Shown here: in pieces, positions 52,105-64,000 of the stretch | Layout of the letters: each line of letters begins with the position of its first letter | How positions within the stretch are numbered: position 1 is the stretch's first letter | Origin: Vicugna vicugna | Taxonomy: Eukaryota | NCBI GenBank assembly: GCA_013265495.1 | Contig: MU058213.1 | Span: forward strand, 62,001-126,000 | Reading direction: 5' to 3' | Length of the DNA: 64,000 bases | The notes under the pieces: generated by a model | Databases searched by the model: none | The model's input: the letters and a program-made list of their open reading frames with translations, nothing else | Told to the model about the DNA's origin: nothing | Made by a program: the position numbers and the translations under genes

Positions 52105-52521
52105 TGTGGACAAGGACTGTCACCTGCCATATCAGTAAACAAAGGATGTTGCAGCATCAAGCCCAACAGTGACCCTGAGGGGATTCAGGATGGAGAAAAA
52201 CAGGATACTGACCCTATGGTTAAGGTGTGTATCAAAGGACTTTTGCATCTTCCCACACATAGAAAAGCACTAAATTCATTATCTTGAGATGTCTGGTTTT
52301 TCTCGAATTAGCAATAATCTTTTGATGTTTGACTACCTGGGTTTTGTTTGTTTGTTTGTTTGTTTGTTTTTGCAAAAACTCCTGTATATACTGGCTCCTC
52401 CCTTACCTCTTTAGAACAGTCCTTCAGAGCTATCTGAGAGGCTATATCCTAGGCTTAAGTCCTCAGTAAATCCACGGAATAATCCTGAGTTTTTAGGTTG
52501 TGCGTTTTTTTTCAGCTGACA
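52105..52521 (+). mobile_element. ERV1-class solo LTR in GLDN intron 1 (cetartiodactyl MER41-like type)
   Basis: TG...TTCAGCTGACA termini, TATA-like TGTATATA near 52383, imperfect 4-bp flanks AACT/ACCT. Family assignment from memory. Confidence 0.65.
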
Positions 52522-52741
52522 ACCTCTTCACTTACTAATGCATCCACAACTCCACAAGGACAAATATAGACTGAGGTATCTTCCAGTTTCTGAATCTAGT
52601 TTCTTGCCATACTAACAGTTTTGGAGGTGGGTCCTAGAGTAGTTTTTAAAGTCCTCCCTAGAAATTCATGCTATCCATCAAATAGGAGTTAGTGTCAGGG
52701 GCTGGTGAGACTGATTTACAGGCCTTCTCTACCCGTCAGAG

Positions 52742-53780
52742 GTTCATTCATTCATTCATTCAGCATGTCATGACTGAGCACCTACTATGTCCCATGCACT
52801 ACTGTGGATGCACAAGAAACAGTATGAACAAACCACACAAATCCCCATCCTCTTGGAGTTTATGTTTGGAGGGAGGGGGCAGGCAAGAACCAGAGTAAAT
52901 AAATAAATCATCTACAGTATTAGAAATGTGATAAGTGCCAAGGAGAACAATGAGACAGGGTTGAGGATTAGGGAGCAGGAAGAGGAAGATGCAATTGGAA
53001 GTCCTGTGGGTGGGGAAGCCCTCACTGAGAAGGTGATATTTGAGCAAAAACTTGAAGGAGGTGAGGGAGTGAGCCATGTGGATCTCTTAGGAAGGGCTTT
53101 CAGGCAGAGGGAACAGAAAGTGCAAAGACCCTGAGTGGGAGAGTGTCCAGAGAGCTCACAGAACAGCAAGAAGACTAGAGCAGAGCAAGTGGGAGAGGGC
53201 AGAAAGAAGGAGGTCAGAGAGAGAACTGGGGGAAGGAGGGACAAGAGGACCATTTCATGTAAGGCCTTGCAGGCTGTTGTAAGGACACTGACCTTTTTGG
53301 GGAGTCTTTGGAGAATTCTAGGCAATGGAGTGATATGACCCAACCTACCTTTTCAAAGAATCACTGTGATGAGACTAGACTGTGTGTGGGGAGGGTGGAC
53401 AGTGGTAGCAGGGAGGCCATTTATTTAGCTGTTGCAATAATCCAGGGGAAAGAAGACAGGGTCTGAGGCCAGGGTGGTAGCAGTAGAGAGGGTAAGTGGA
53501 GAGTGTCCATATATGTCTGACAGCCCGGCTGAAGGAATTTGCTGACAGCTTGAATATGAGGTATGAGGGGGGGAAATAAAGAGTTAAATGACTTCAAGGG
53601 TTGTGGCCAAGCAGTGGAAAGATAGAATTGCCATTAATTGAGATAGAAGAACTGCAGATGGAACAAATTTAAGGGGAATATCAGGAGTTCCATTGTGGGC
53701 ATGTTAACACTGAGAATTCCATTAGATGTCCAAGCGACGAAGGTCAAAGAGGCAGCTGCATACTAGAGTCTGGAGGGGTC
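52742..53780 (-). mobile_element. L2 fragment
   Basis: Starts with the (ATTC)n tail and TGAGCACCTACTATGT; purine-rich L2 body (CCTCACTGAGAAGGTGATATTTGAGCAAA, GCAATAATCCAGG). Confidence 0.85.
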
Positions 53781-54654
53781 CCTGTTAGAGATGTACCCAG
53801 GAAATAGTGGAGATGCTGAGCATGACAATACTTACTACCTGAACACAGAGAGGCTCTAACCAAGAGTCTGTCTGCTCCTCCCTAAATCCAGATTATTTTA
53901 TTTAAAGGTCTTTTATAAACAACCAAATAAAATGAATCATATTGCAAGCTTTTTGCACCTAGAGTGTTTGTCTTACCTTTATAAACACAGGACTTGACTT
54001 ATCAAGTATTTGCTAATGAATAAATAAGTACTTCTCAATCAGTTAGAAATATCTTGGAAAGAAGTTTAAAAGAAACTTTTTAGTGACTAAGTAAAATGTA
54101 AGTCAGTATAACAAATGGTAAGTGCCTGATCTGGGCAGTGTGGGTGCAATCTTTGGGTTATAGGGAAAAATAAGAAAGGAGTCCCCAAGGAATGTATAGG
54201 CTAGTGAGAGGAAAATGACAGATCCTCAGACACTTATGACACAAAGCAAGGGATAATAGGATCCTAAGAGAAGTAAGAATAACATCTCACTTGGGCAATC
54301 AGGAATGGTTTCAAGAAGGAGGTATCATCTGAGCTGAGCTGGGCAGGGCTTCGGAAGGAGAGGGAAGGTAAGGAAGCTCTTGAACAGCAGGTGGTTCATT
54401 TTAGCTGGAGCATAAATAATATAGGTAGTCATGAAAATGTCTGAAAAGTCTTTGCTTTCATTCTTAAAAATTGTTTTGCATATACAGTTGAAAATGGTTT
54501 CTTTCCAGTACTTGAAACATGTCACCCCACTATCTTCTCACTTGCTTGTTTGCAATGAGAAGCCTGCTGTTCGCAGTCTTATTCCTCTCTATGGATTGTG
54601 TCTTTTTCCTCTGGCCGCCCCTAAGATTTACCCTTCATTGCATATTTTAAGCAG

Positions 54655-57529
54655 TTTTTTTTTTTACATTTTTTATTGATTCATAATCATTTTACAGTGT
54701 TGTGTCAAATTCCAGTGTTCAGCACAATTTTTCAGTCATTCATGGACATATACACACTCATTGTCACATTTTTTTCTCTCTGAGTTATCATAACAGTTTG
54801 TGTATATTTCCCTGTGCTATAGAGTGTAATCTTGTTTATCTATTCTCCAATTTTGAAATCCCATTCTATCCCTTCCCTCCCTCCACCCCCTGGCAACCAC
54901 AAGTCTGTATTCTCTGTCTGTGAGTCTATTTCTGTCCTGTATTTATGCTTTGTTTTTGTTTGTTTGTTTGTTTTTGTTTTTGTTTTTTAGATTCCACATA
55001 TGAGCGATCTCATATGGTATTTTTCTTTCTCTTTCTGGCTTACTTCACTTAGAATGACATTCTCCAGGAGCATCCATGTTGCTGCAAATGGCATTATGTT
55101 GTCGGTTTTTATGGCTGAGTAGTATTCCATTGTATAAATATACCACCTCTTCTTTATCCAGTCACCTGTTGATGGACATTTAGGTTGTTTCCATGTTTTG
55201 GCTATTGTAAATAGTGCTGCTATGAACATTGGGGTGCAGGTGTCATCCTGAAGTAGATTTCCTTCTGGGTACAAGCCCAGGAGTGGGATTCCTGGGTCAT
55301 ATGGTAAGTCTATTCCTAGTCTTTTGAGGAATCTCCACACTGTTTTCCATAGTGGCTGCACCAAACTGCATTCCCACCAGCAGTGTAGGAGGGTTCCCCT
55401 TTCTCCACAGCCTCTCCAGCATTTGTCATTTTTGGATTTTTGAATGACGGCCATTCTGACTGGTGTGAGGTGATACCTCATTGTAGTTTTGATTTGCATT
55501 TCTCTGATAATTAGTGATATTGAACATTTTTTCATGTGCTTTTTGATCATTTGTATGTCTTCCTTGGAGAGTTGCTTGTTTAGGTCTTCTGCCCATTTTT
55601 GGATTGGGTTGTTTATTTTTTTCTTATTGAGTCGTATGAGCTGCTTATATATTTTGGAGATCAAGCCTTTGTCGGTTTCACTTGCAAAAATTTTCTCCCA
55701 TTCCGTAGGTTTTCTTCTTGTTTTATTTCTGGTTTCCTTTGCTCTGCAGAAGCTTGTAAGTTTCATTAGGTCCCATTTGTTTATTCTTGCTTTTATTTCT
55801 TCTAGGAGAAAATTTTTGAAATGTATGTCAGATAATGTTTTGCCTATGTTTTCCTCTAGGAGGTTTATTGTATCTTGTCTTATGTTTAAGTCTTTAATCC
55901 ATTTTGAGTTGATTTTTGTATATGGTGTAAGGGTGTGTTCTAGCTTCATTGTTTTACATGCTGCTGTCCAGTTTTCCCAACACCATTTGCTGAAGAGACT
56001 GTCTTTATTCCATTGTATATTCTTGCCTCCTTTGTCGAAGATGAGTTGACCAAAAGTTTGTGGGTTCATTTCTGGGCTCTCTATTCTGTTCCATTGGTCT
56101 ATATGTCTGTTTTGGTACCAATACCATGCTGTCTTGATGACTGTAGCTCTATAGTATTGTCTGAAGTCTGGGAGAGTTATTCCTCCAGCCTCTTTCTTTC
56201 TCTTCAGTAATGCTTTAGCAATTCTAGGTCTTTGATGGTTCCATATAAATTTTATTATGATTTGTTCTAGTTCTGTGAAATATGTCCTGGGTAATTGGAT
56301 AGGGATTGCATTAAATCTGTAGATTGCCTTGGGCAGTGTGACCATTTTAACAATATTGATTCTTCCAATCCAAGAGCATGGAATATCTTTCCATTTTTTA
56401 AAGTCTTCTTTAATTTCCTTCATCAATGGTTTATAGTTTTCTGTGTATAATTCTTTCACCTCCTTGGTTAGATTTATTCCCAGATATTTTATTACTTTGG
56501 GTGCTATTTTAAAGGGGATTGTTTCTTTACTTTCTTTTTCTGTTGATTTATCGTTAGTGTAAAGAAAGGCAACTGATTTTTGAACATTAATTTTGTAACC
56601 TGCTACCTTGCTGAATTCTTCGATCAGCTCTAGTAGCTTTTTTGTGGACCTTTTAGGGTTTTCTATATATAGTAACATGTCGTCAGCATATAATGACACT
56701 TTTACCTCTTCTTTTCCAATTTGGATCCCTTTTATTTCTTTCTCTTGCCTGATTGCTGTGGCTAGGACTTCCAGGACTATATTGAATAGGAGTGGTGATA
56801 GTGGGCATCCTTGTCTTGTCCCAGATTTTAGTGGGAAGCTTTTGAGTTTTTCACCGTTGAGAACTATGCTGGCTATAGGTTTGTCATATATAGCTTTTAT
56901 TATGTTGAGATATGTTCCCTCTATACCCACTTTGGCGAGAGTTTTTATCATAAATGGGTGTTGAATTTTATCAAATGCTTTTTCTGCATCGATTGAGATG
57001 ATCATGTGGTTTTTGTCCTTTCTCTTGTTGATGTGATGTATTACATTGATTGATTTGCGTATGTTGAACCAGCCTTGTGTCCCTGGGATGAACCCCACTT
57101 GGTCATGATGTATAATCTTTTTTATGTGTTGTTGGATTCTATTTGCTAAAATTTTGGTGAGGATTTTGGCGTCTATGTTCATCAGTGATATTGGCCTATA
57201 ATTCTCTTTTTTTGTAGTGTCTTTGCCTGGTTTTGGTATCAGGGTGATGGTGGCTTCATAGAATGAGTTTGGGAGTATTCCCTCCTTTTCAATCGTCTGG
57301 AAGAGTTTGAGAAGGACTGGTATGAGTTCTTCTTTGTATGTTTGGTAGAATTCCCCGGTGAAGCCGTCCGGTCCTGGACTTTTATTTGTAGGGAGGTTTT
57401 TAATTGCTATTTCTATTTCCTTTCTAGTGATCGGATTGTTCAAGTGTTCAGTTTCTTCTTGATTCAGTTTTGGTGGACAGTATGTTTCCAGAAACTTGTC
57501 CATCTCCTCTAGGTTATCCAGTTTGGTTC
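54655..57529 (-). mobile_element. Young 5'-truncated LINE-1 (about 2.9 kb), antisense in GLDN intron 1
   Basis: Uninterrupted ORF2 C-terminal part, 3'UTR, AATAAA (54672-54677, minus), A11 tail (54655-54665). Direct repeat CATATTTTAAGCAGTTTT at 54641-54658 and 57530-57547. Confidence 0.97.
54987..57503 (-). CDS. L1 ORF2p, N-terminally truncated (Z domain, reverse transcriptase, C-terminal Cys-rich domain; no endonuclease)
   Basis: 838 aa with [38 protein letters not shown] and [18 protein letters not shown]. The frame stays open up to the 5' truncation junction ([10 protein letters not shown]). Not expected to be independently expressed. Confidence 0.9.
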   Translation of the reverse strand: MDKFLETYCPPKLNQEETEHLNNPITRKEIEIAIKNLPTNKSPGPDGFTGEFYQTYKEELIPVLLKLFQTIEKEGILPNSFYEATITLIPKPGKDTTKKENYRPISLMNIDAKILTKILANRIQQHIKKIIHHDQVGFIPGTQGWFNIRKSINVIHHINKRKDKNHMIISIDAEKAFDKIQHPFMIKTLAKVGIEGTYLNIIKAIYDKPIASIVLNGEKLKSFPLKSGTRQGCPLSPLLFNIVLEVLATAIRQEKEIKGIQIGKEEVKVSLYADDMLLYIENPKRSTKKLLELIEEFSKVAGYKINVQKSVAFLYTNDKSTEKESKETIPFKIAPKVIKYLGINLTKEVKELYTENYKPLMKEIKEDFKKWKDIPCSWIGRINIVKMVTLPKAIYRFNAIPIQLPRTYFTELEQIIIKFIWNHQRPRIAKALLKRKKEAGGITLPDFRQYYRATVIKTAWYWYQNRHIDQWNRIESPEMNPQTFGQLIFDKGGKNIQWNKDSLFSKWCWENWTAACKTMKLEHTLTPYTKINSKWIKDLNIRQDTINLLEENIGKTLSDIHFKNFLLEEIKARINKWDLMKLTSFCRAKETRNKTRRKPTEWEKIFASETDKGLISKIYKQLIRLNKKKINNPIQKWAEDLNKQLSKEDIQMIKKHMKKCSISLIIREMQIKTTMRYHLTPVRMAVIQKSKNDKCWRGCGERGTLLHCWWECSLVQPLWKTVWRFLKRLGIDLPYDPGIPLLGLYPEGNLLQDDTCTPMFIAALFTIAKTWKQPKCPSTGDWIKKRWYIYTMEYYSAIKTDNIMPFAATWMLLENVILSEVSQKEKEKYHMRSLICGI

Positions 57530-58119
57530 CATATTTTAAGCAGTTTTATTAGTGTCCTTTTCTTCATGTTTCTTTTGCTTGTGCTTTGTTGAGCTTGTTG
57601 GAAATGCGAGTTAATAGTTCTCACTAAAATTGGGAAATTTTTCTACTGTTATTTCTTCAAATATTTTTCTGCCCACCCTGCCAGCCAAGGATTCTAATTA
57701 CACATAGATTGGGCCATTTAAATTTGTTCCATGTCTCACTGATGATCTGTTTGCTTTTTAAGTCTTTTTTCTCCATATGCTTCATTTTGGCTGGTTTCTG
57801 TTGCTGTGTCTTCAAATTGACTAATCTTTCTTCTGCTCTTACTCCCATTCTGTGTACATTTCATTTCATTTCATTTCATTCATTCATTTCACACCATGGA
57901 AGGGATGCAGCTATTTGATTATGGTGAGGATGAATGTTTTTCATTCGTTTATTGGTGATTTGAAATTTTCTCATTGTGTGAGATTTGTTCATTCATGTTT
58001 TAGCTCATTTTTAATTAGGATTTTAAAATCTTTTCCTTACTAATTTACAAATACCCCTTATGTAGGATAGTTATTTGCTTTTTGTATATTACATATGTTG
58101 CAGTATTTTTCCCTTAATA

Positions 58120-58375
58120 ATGATTATAACATTTACTGAGAACCTAAAACTTGCCAGGAACTATGCTAAGAGTTCTAGGTATGTATGTCAAAAAGGTTCT
58201 TATGAAGTGGCCACTATTATTATCATCATTATTATTCCCAATTTACAGACAGGTCGCTGAGGCTTAGAGAAGTAAAGCATCCTGTTCAAGGTCACAGAGC
58301 CAGTGAGTGAAGGAATTGACACCCAGATCAGACTGAGCCATGTCTGACTCCAAAATCCATGCTCTTTACACCACA
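58120..58375 (-). mobile_element. MIR SINE
   Basis: TTTACAGACAGGTCGCTGAGGCTTAGAGAAGTAAAGCATCCTGTTCAAGGTCACAGAGCCAGTGAGTG...TCTGACTCCAAAATCC. Confidence 0.8.
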
Positions 58376-61300
58376 CCTTTCAGCCCTGTGCATTTTTTGG
58401 GTGTCCCCAGTGTTAATGAATGTCATATTGGACTGTTCCCCACCCCAGATTCCAGCTAAAAGTTATTTTGCCAGAGACATCGGGTGAGGACATTTGCTAG
58501 AACTGCTCCTTCCAACTGGGGTTGTTGAGGAGGCCTGAGCCCAAGCTGAGCTGCTTCAGCATCTGTGACTCCCCAGCCTTCGCATGCAAGAGGGCTGGCC
58601 ACGGCTGTGGATGGACTCCAAACCATGACTTGTTAGTTATTTGTCCAGCATTTTATTAGAGAATCTGGGCAATGACTGAGGCAGTGTGAGAAGGAGGGCA
58701 ATGGGAAGCTGCACTGTCTCCAGCAATTCAGAACCTACTCAGCAAAATCCATGCCTTAGGGACAAGTCATCTGAGACCCTGCTCCTCAGAGGGCAGGCTG
58801 GCTCTGCCCTATCCTGTTCCTTTTAGCAGAGCTGGTGATAGCACGTTTTCCCCAAGGCAGTGCATTTTCACGGATGTTTGAGATGCCTTTTCATTCAGCG
58901 CCCCAGTCTCTGCCTGGCTGACCCAGCCCCAACCAGCCCTGGGTGCAGAGCTCATGTAGGTGCCTCTGCTCAAGACAGTGTGAAAGGTATGCATTATTCC
59001 CTCCAGACCAGGGGCACATCAATGATTTCTGGTTTTGCAGTGATGTTGATGTGGGTGGGGGTGGACAGTCATATCTCAGGGACCCTAATAGGATAACCCC
59101 AGCATCTCCATGCCCCTGTTTTTCTAGGGATTAGTGGAGTATTTGCCAAAACAAAGTTATCCTAAGCAAGTAGGCACAGAGAGAAGGAGGGAACCACGTA
59201 CTAGATGTTCAGTTTCCCATAAACTGCTGCTCAAAAAGGAATAGTGTCTTTGGTTGAAGAGCACATTCCCCTCCCAGTTGAGTGAGTAATCAGTAATGAA
59301 GTATTTATTGAGTATCTACTATGTGCTCAATGCCACGCTAATGCTGGGAAAGGGACCAGATGAGTAAACAGGGCATACAGGGAAAGGATGAAACAGTCCC
59401 CACCATAAGAGCGCACCTGGGTGAGGAGCCAGAGTGATGCGTGAAAGAATGTGCCAACAGGCAGCCACGTGGTGATGCTGCTGGGCTGTAAAGGGGCAGT
59501 CGGTCACATGGAGGTCTTTGGGGAAGGTGGATTTATCTGGGCTCTCAGGATCCCAGACAGGATGAACTGACAGGAGCACTCAGCCCCCAGGCCATTGATG
59601 CTGGATGGCCTGGGTTTTCCTCATCTGTGCTGACAAATGCCTGGACCTTTGGCTGATCTTCCTGTGGGGCTGTAGGAAGAAGGTTGTGCCCCAGGATTTC
59701 ATCCCCACACAAGGCACAGCCCACCTTCCTGTGGGGGATTGCAGATGGTCATCACCACATCTTGATCCCAGTGTGAATTCCTGCCTTTCACAGGGATGAG
59801 TCCAGGGTAGCTGACCCCAGCTTCAGACCCCAGGAGGGAGTCCTCCAACACCTGTGGGCTAACCTTCTAGCAGCTGGGCCACCACATTCAAAGCCCTGTC
59901 TCTTCAGTCCGAGGAATCTCAAGTCAATCACAGGCTAATTTTCATCTCCCTGGAGCTGTTTCTAAAGAATCATTTGCATGCACATAATAACAGCAATTTG
60001 AATAATTGTGGAGAGTCATTAAGTGTATTCAGTTGTCTAAGAAAAATGGAATTTAAGTTACAGAATAGGTCAAATCTGAAAGATGGCTTGGAATTTAAAG
60101 TGTTCCCCCCCCCTCCCCCCGGGCAAACCAGAACTTCAGAGAAGCCATGACAGGACACATTATTTTAGCAAGTTTCTGATGACTGGCAGGTTGGCTCTCT
60201 CACTTTATCATGAATCAGTCCTGAGAGTAAAGGTGAGAGGAAGGGAGCTAAAGAGGGTGGCCAGCCAACCACCTGAGGTTTTGTGTTCTGGTGAGCGGTG
60301 GCAGCCTACCGCATTTAGCTCTATTCATTCTGATGAAGAAGAAACACTTTTGATTAAGCCTTTCACTTTGGCACAGAAGAGATTTCCTGCAATTGACGCA
60401 TATTCAACTAGTAAAAAGCTAATCTCTTATTCATATTCAGAGTAAACTAAGGCCAAAATTTGCATTTCCTATTGAATTTCAGACAATTGCTTTTGCAAAG
60501 CCTAAGCAGTATGAAAAAGTAGATGTGGGGAAAAATAGGGTTCAGCTCTTGAAGCCATTTGGGGGAGACTGGGCCAGCTTCTTCACTTGCTTTCTCTGGA
60601 CCTCAGCCTTCTCACCCCTCCTCCTCTGACTCTAGGTCTCTGGGTGATAAGTAACAACCCCACCCCAAACCCAGAGAAGCTCCATTTTATTTGTTTTATA
60701 TTTGGGGATTTGGCAAAAGAAAAATCTTATGACTAATGAATAATTTGAAAATCACCAGACTAGATGACTATTCTAGTTCATTCTATGTTCATTTGTCTAG
60801 AAGCAACAGTTATTTGGGTTCCCAGGGAAAGCTGGGTCATTAGACCCATTTTTTGGAGTCGCATAATGCCTGCACACTCTCTTCTGTCTCTTTGACTTGC
60901 TAAAAACACAGGAAAGTAAAATCGCCCATAATCCCAACATATCTTTTAAAATGATACAAACCAAGAAGTGAAAAATCCACTTTTTATCTCCTAGCCTCAG
61001 TCTCCAAGAGAAAAAAATCTCAGTAAATTGGTTCCTGACCCTCCCAGTTTTTCTCTGTGCTTGTTCAGACATATCTAGATGTTCTTTGTCAACCAAAAAG
61101 TTATATTGTGTTATGTGGCTTGGGCTGTATCTTGCTTTTATCACTTAACAGTCTGCCAAGGCCGTCCTTCCAGATTGATACACATAGGTCTACCTCACTC
61201 TTTTACATTTGCTTAACAAGTGCCTAACTGATGAACATTTAGGTTGTTTGCATGCTTTTACCATTTCAAACAATATTGCAAAGAGCAGTCTTGTCCAGAT

Positions 61301-64000
61301 ATCCTTGTATAATCTTCCTACAAGTCAGTTTTCCAGTTCCCGGCATTTCTTTCTCTTAGAGGTTGCCAAATTTTGTCCCACCTATTTTCAGTTTGAATTA
61401 AAGCCAGCTCAAGCCATCTGATGCCAGATTAGCAAGAGGTTTATTATTCTTCTCTAGGGATCCCTTCCTTGTCCATGAATTGCCGAAGCTCCATGAGTTA
61501 TGCTAGTCCCGAGAGAAAACTGGAAGGTCTGGTCAGGCCACTAATGGGACGCATTCTGACTGTCTTCTCTCCCATCACCGCCGTGCACTGTCAAGGCTGG
61601 AAACAAGCCCCCATGCAGTGTGATCTGTCCTTGAGCATTGCTGCATCAGTCTTCTCACTGGAGATGCCCCTGATGCCCCACAGTGTTTCTTTGGGGAAGA
61701 TGACTCCACCTCCTCAGCAACGTGCTGACAGAGGGGTGCGCTAAGCCCACGCTCTCAGTTCTTCATGTTAACATCCAGGGTGGCCGCTGTTGTTTCCACA
61801 GAATGTGTCCTCCTTGTGTCCCAGTGTGGCTGGGTTGGGAGGGACCTCCTACCGCCACTATGGACCTTATCCTGCACCTCACCCGCCATCTTCTCAACAC
61901 CACTGGATTCTCACATCATAGACCCAGGTTAGCAATTCGTTGTCGCCTTTTCTCAAGGCAGGCCCTCCCTGGAGACCACTGACGTACTTTCCTCCTTGAA
62001 CCCTGTCTCCCCAGTGGAAAAGTTCTAGGTCTGGACCCAGGCACTGCTCTATGCACGTGGAGGGGATACAGACAAACCAGCAAGTTCTCCTGCTCTCAAA
62101 ACGCTTCCAGACTTTGGGGAGCAGGGGCAAGTAATAAACAAATGCTTACATAAGCAACATAAAAGTTCTGCAAAGACAAAAGGCCAGGTGAGGTTATGGG
62201 GTGTGGCTGCTAGGGCTACTTTCAGATGGGGGGTCAAGGAAAGCCTTCCTGACGAAGTAACATTTGAGCTGAGGCCTTAGTGGAGATGTGGGTACAGCAT
62301 ACAAGGCATGGCAGACCCATGATGACGGCCGGTGTGACTGGAGCCGAGAGATGGGGAGAGTGGTGGGAGGTGGCCTCTAGAGGGGCAGGGCCACTTCCTG
62401 GGTGGGTCCTCCTGACACCCCCAGGACAATGAGCTCTAAGGCCTCTTCCAACTTCACCGTTTTCAAATCTTAAATCAGAATTTAGGAAGTCCTTTATGCC
62501 AAATGTGACTCCATAATTTGACAAGTGAGATTCTGTGACTTTCGATTTTGAATTTCCTTATTTTCATCTAAATTCTTTATTACTATTACCAGAAGAAAAA
62601 AAAAGTTTCTGATTTTCTTATGGCCACACTTCTTCATACCATGATACAATCTAACTTAGCCCAAGTTTGTGAAGAGAATATTCCTGAGTGAAGATGAACA
62701 CAGTTTACTGATAAATGTCTAAATTGACATTTGCATATAAATGAAGCCAAAAGGTCAGGAAGGGAGAACTCCTTCTTCATCGTTTTTCACAGAAGCTGTG
62801 CCAACCCCAGACCAGTGCTGAGTGTAAAAGAGAAAGGTTAATTTTCCCTATTGATGCTTCTGTTGTTTCCAACTACTTCTGCCGTGATTCCTCCAGGCAA
62901 CAAATGAAGCATTGTGAAGTCTTTAATGGTCCTCTCAGTGGACAATTACACTTTTTTTTTACGATGATAAATTGTGTAGTGCAGCTGATTACATTCATTT
63001 ATGAAAGTGACTAAAAGCAGTGAATCAAAAGTTCTTCCGTGTGGTTATGTTAAGATAACCATCAGAGCCATAACAGAAGGTGTAGTAGACCTGGAATCAA
63101 GAAACCTGGAGTTGAGCCTGGCTCTGCAGTGAGCAAGCTGTGTGACCTTGAGTGAGTGACATCACCTGGCTACGCCTCTCTGTCCTTATCTGTACAAAAG
63201 GGAGAGTCCCGCTGCCCAGTATACTTCAGCTCGGGGAGCCGTTGGGTCTGGGTGGGGAGGCTGAATTACAGGGACGATGTTCCAAGCACCTGGGATGTTT
63301 CAAGGCACTTGCTTAGCTGGAGGTGGTTTATACTATACGTGTTCATTGTATTATTCATCTTTAAACTGTTGACACACGTTTTATACTTTGGTGGTATGTA
63401 GGATACATTTCAGAATAAATTTCTAAAGCGGTCAATAAGTACCTGCTGATAAACCTGACAAAAAGTGAATACAGTACTCTGGATCTCCTGGCAAACAATA
63501 AACCTAGGTAGAAGACAAAACAATTTTCCCTTCCAATCAAAACATATTCTTTTTGAAAAGAGCTGAATTGAGACAGTAATCAGTGGAAATTTTGAATAAA
63601 ACAAAAGGGCATATCATGCTCAGTACAGCTCCTTCCCACCCTGGTTCTCCACTCCCCCCACTTGAGGTTTTTCAGGTTTCTCTCCAGAAATAGTCTAGAA
63701 AGACAGAGAATCTTGAAAGCAGCCAGAGAGAAGCATATAGAAGCATTTTGGTGTCCACTACTTTTTTTATATAAATGAAAGCACGTTACACATGCTGCTC
63801 TGTCCGTGGTAATTTTTTTCATTTATCGTGGAATATCAGCTTTATGGATTTAAATTTAGTCTTTTTCGTGCTATTTCATTTTATGGACACGCTACATTTT
63901 ATCTAACAAGACCTCACTGAAAAATATTTAGGTTGTTTCTAGTTTGTGTTCTTACCCACGTTTCTGTAGCAACCATCTTTGTACTTAATCTTCTCACACA

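Larger units (their letters stand above)
54430..57850 (-). mobile_element. Ancient L1M ORF1 fragment split by the young L1 (pieces about 54430-54654 and 57530-57850)
   Basis: Degenerate ORF1-like translations either side (FKYWKETIFNCICKTIFKNE; KWPNLCVIRI). The sequence is continuous once the young L1 and one TSD copy are removed. Confidence 0.75.
42341..64000 (+). other. GLDN: GLDN intron 1 (partial, runs off the window)
   Basis: Starts at the GT donor after exon 1. No sequence encoding the expected next residues (IRVMVDLCNSTKG-like) or Gly-X-Y collagen repeats found downstream. Confidence 0.8.

Noticed and set aside
55489..56964. Plus-strand ORFs of 186 and 118 aa
   Set aside because: Antisense shadows of L1 ORF2.
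1..64000. CRISPR arrays, operons or a novel multi-gene system
   Set aside because: Eukaryotic repeat-rich DNA; no repeat-spacer arrays or dense coding clusters.

Overview
Mammalian nuclear DNA, almost certainly a camelid: it carries a Vic-1-type tRNA-derived SINE and lacks Alu, B1 and Bov-tA elements. The only host coding sequence is exon 1 of gliomedin (GLDN; + strand, 41978-42340). It lies in a CpG island with TATA, AP-1 and GC boxes and is followed by about 21.6 kb of intron 1. By known synteny, the 42 kb to its left is the long 5' non-coding region of aromatase (CYP19A1; - strand, head-to-head with GLDN). There I recognise, from remembered human sequence, apparent orthologues of the untranslated exons I.4 (perfect donor at 15589, with candidate GRE and GAS sites upstream) and 2a (about 20211-20350, with an expanded CA microsatellite and an upstream ATG). 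The rest is mostly interspersed repeats: a decayed near-full-length L1 (28.7-35.1 kb), a young 5'-truncated L1 with an unbroken 838-codon ORF2 and an 18-bp TSD nested in an older L1 inside GLDN intron 1, plus LTRs, hAT transposons, L2, MIR and microsatellites. I see no evidence of a novel multi-gene system. The most promising unannotated biology is the aromatase alternative-promoter architecture. Repeat subfamily names and human-exon matches are from memory and need database confirmation.
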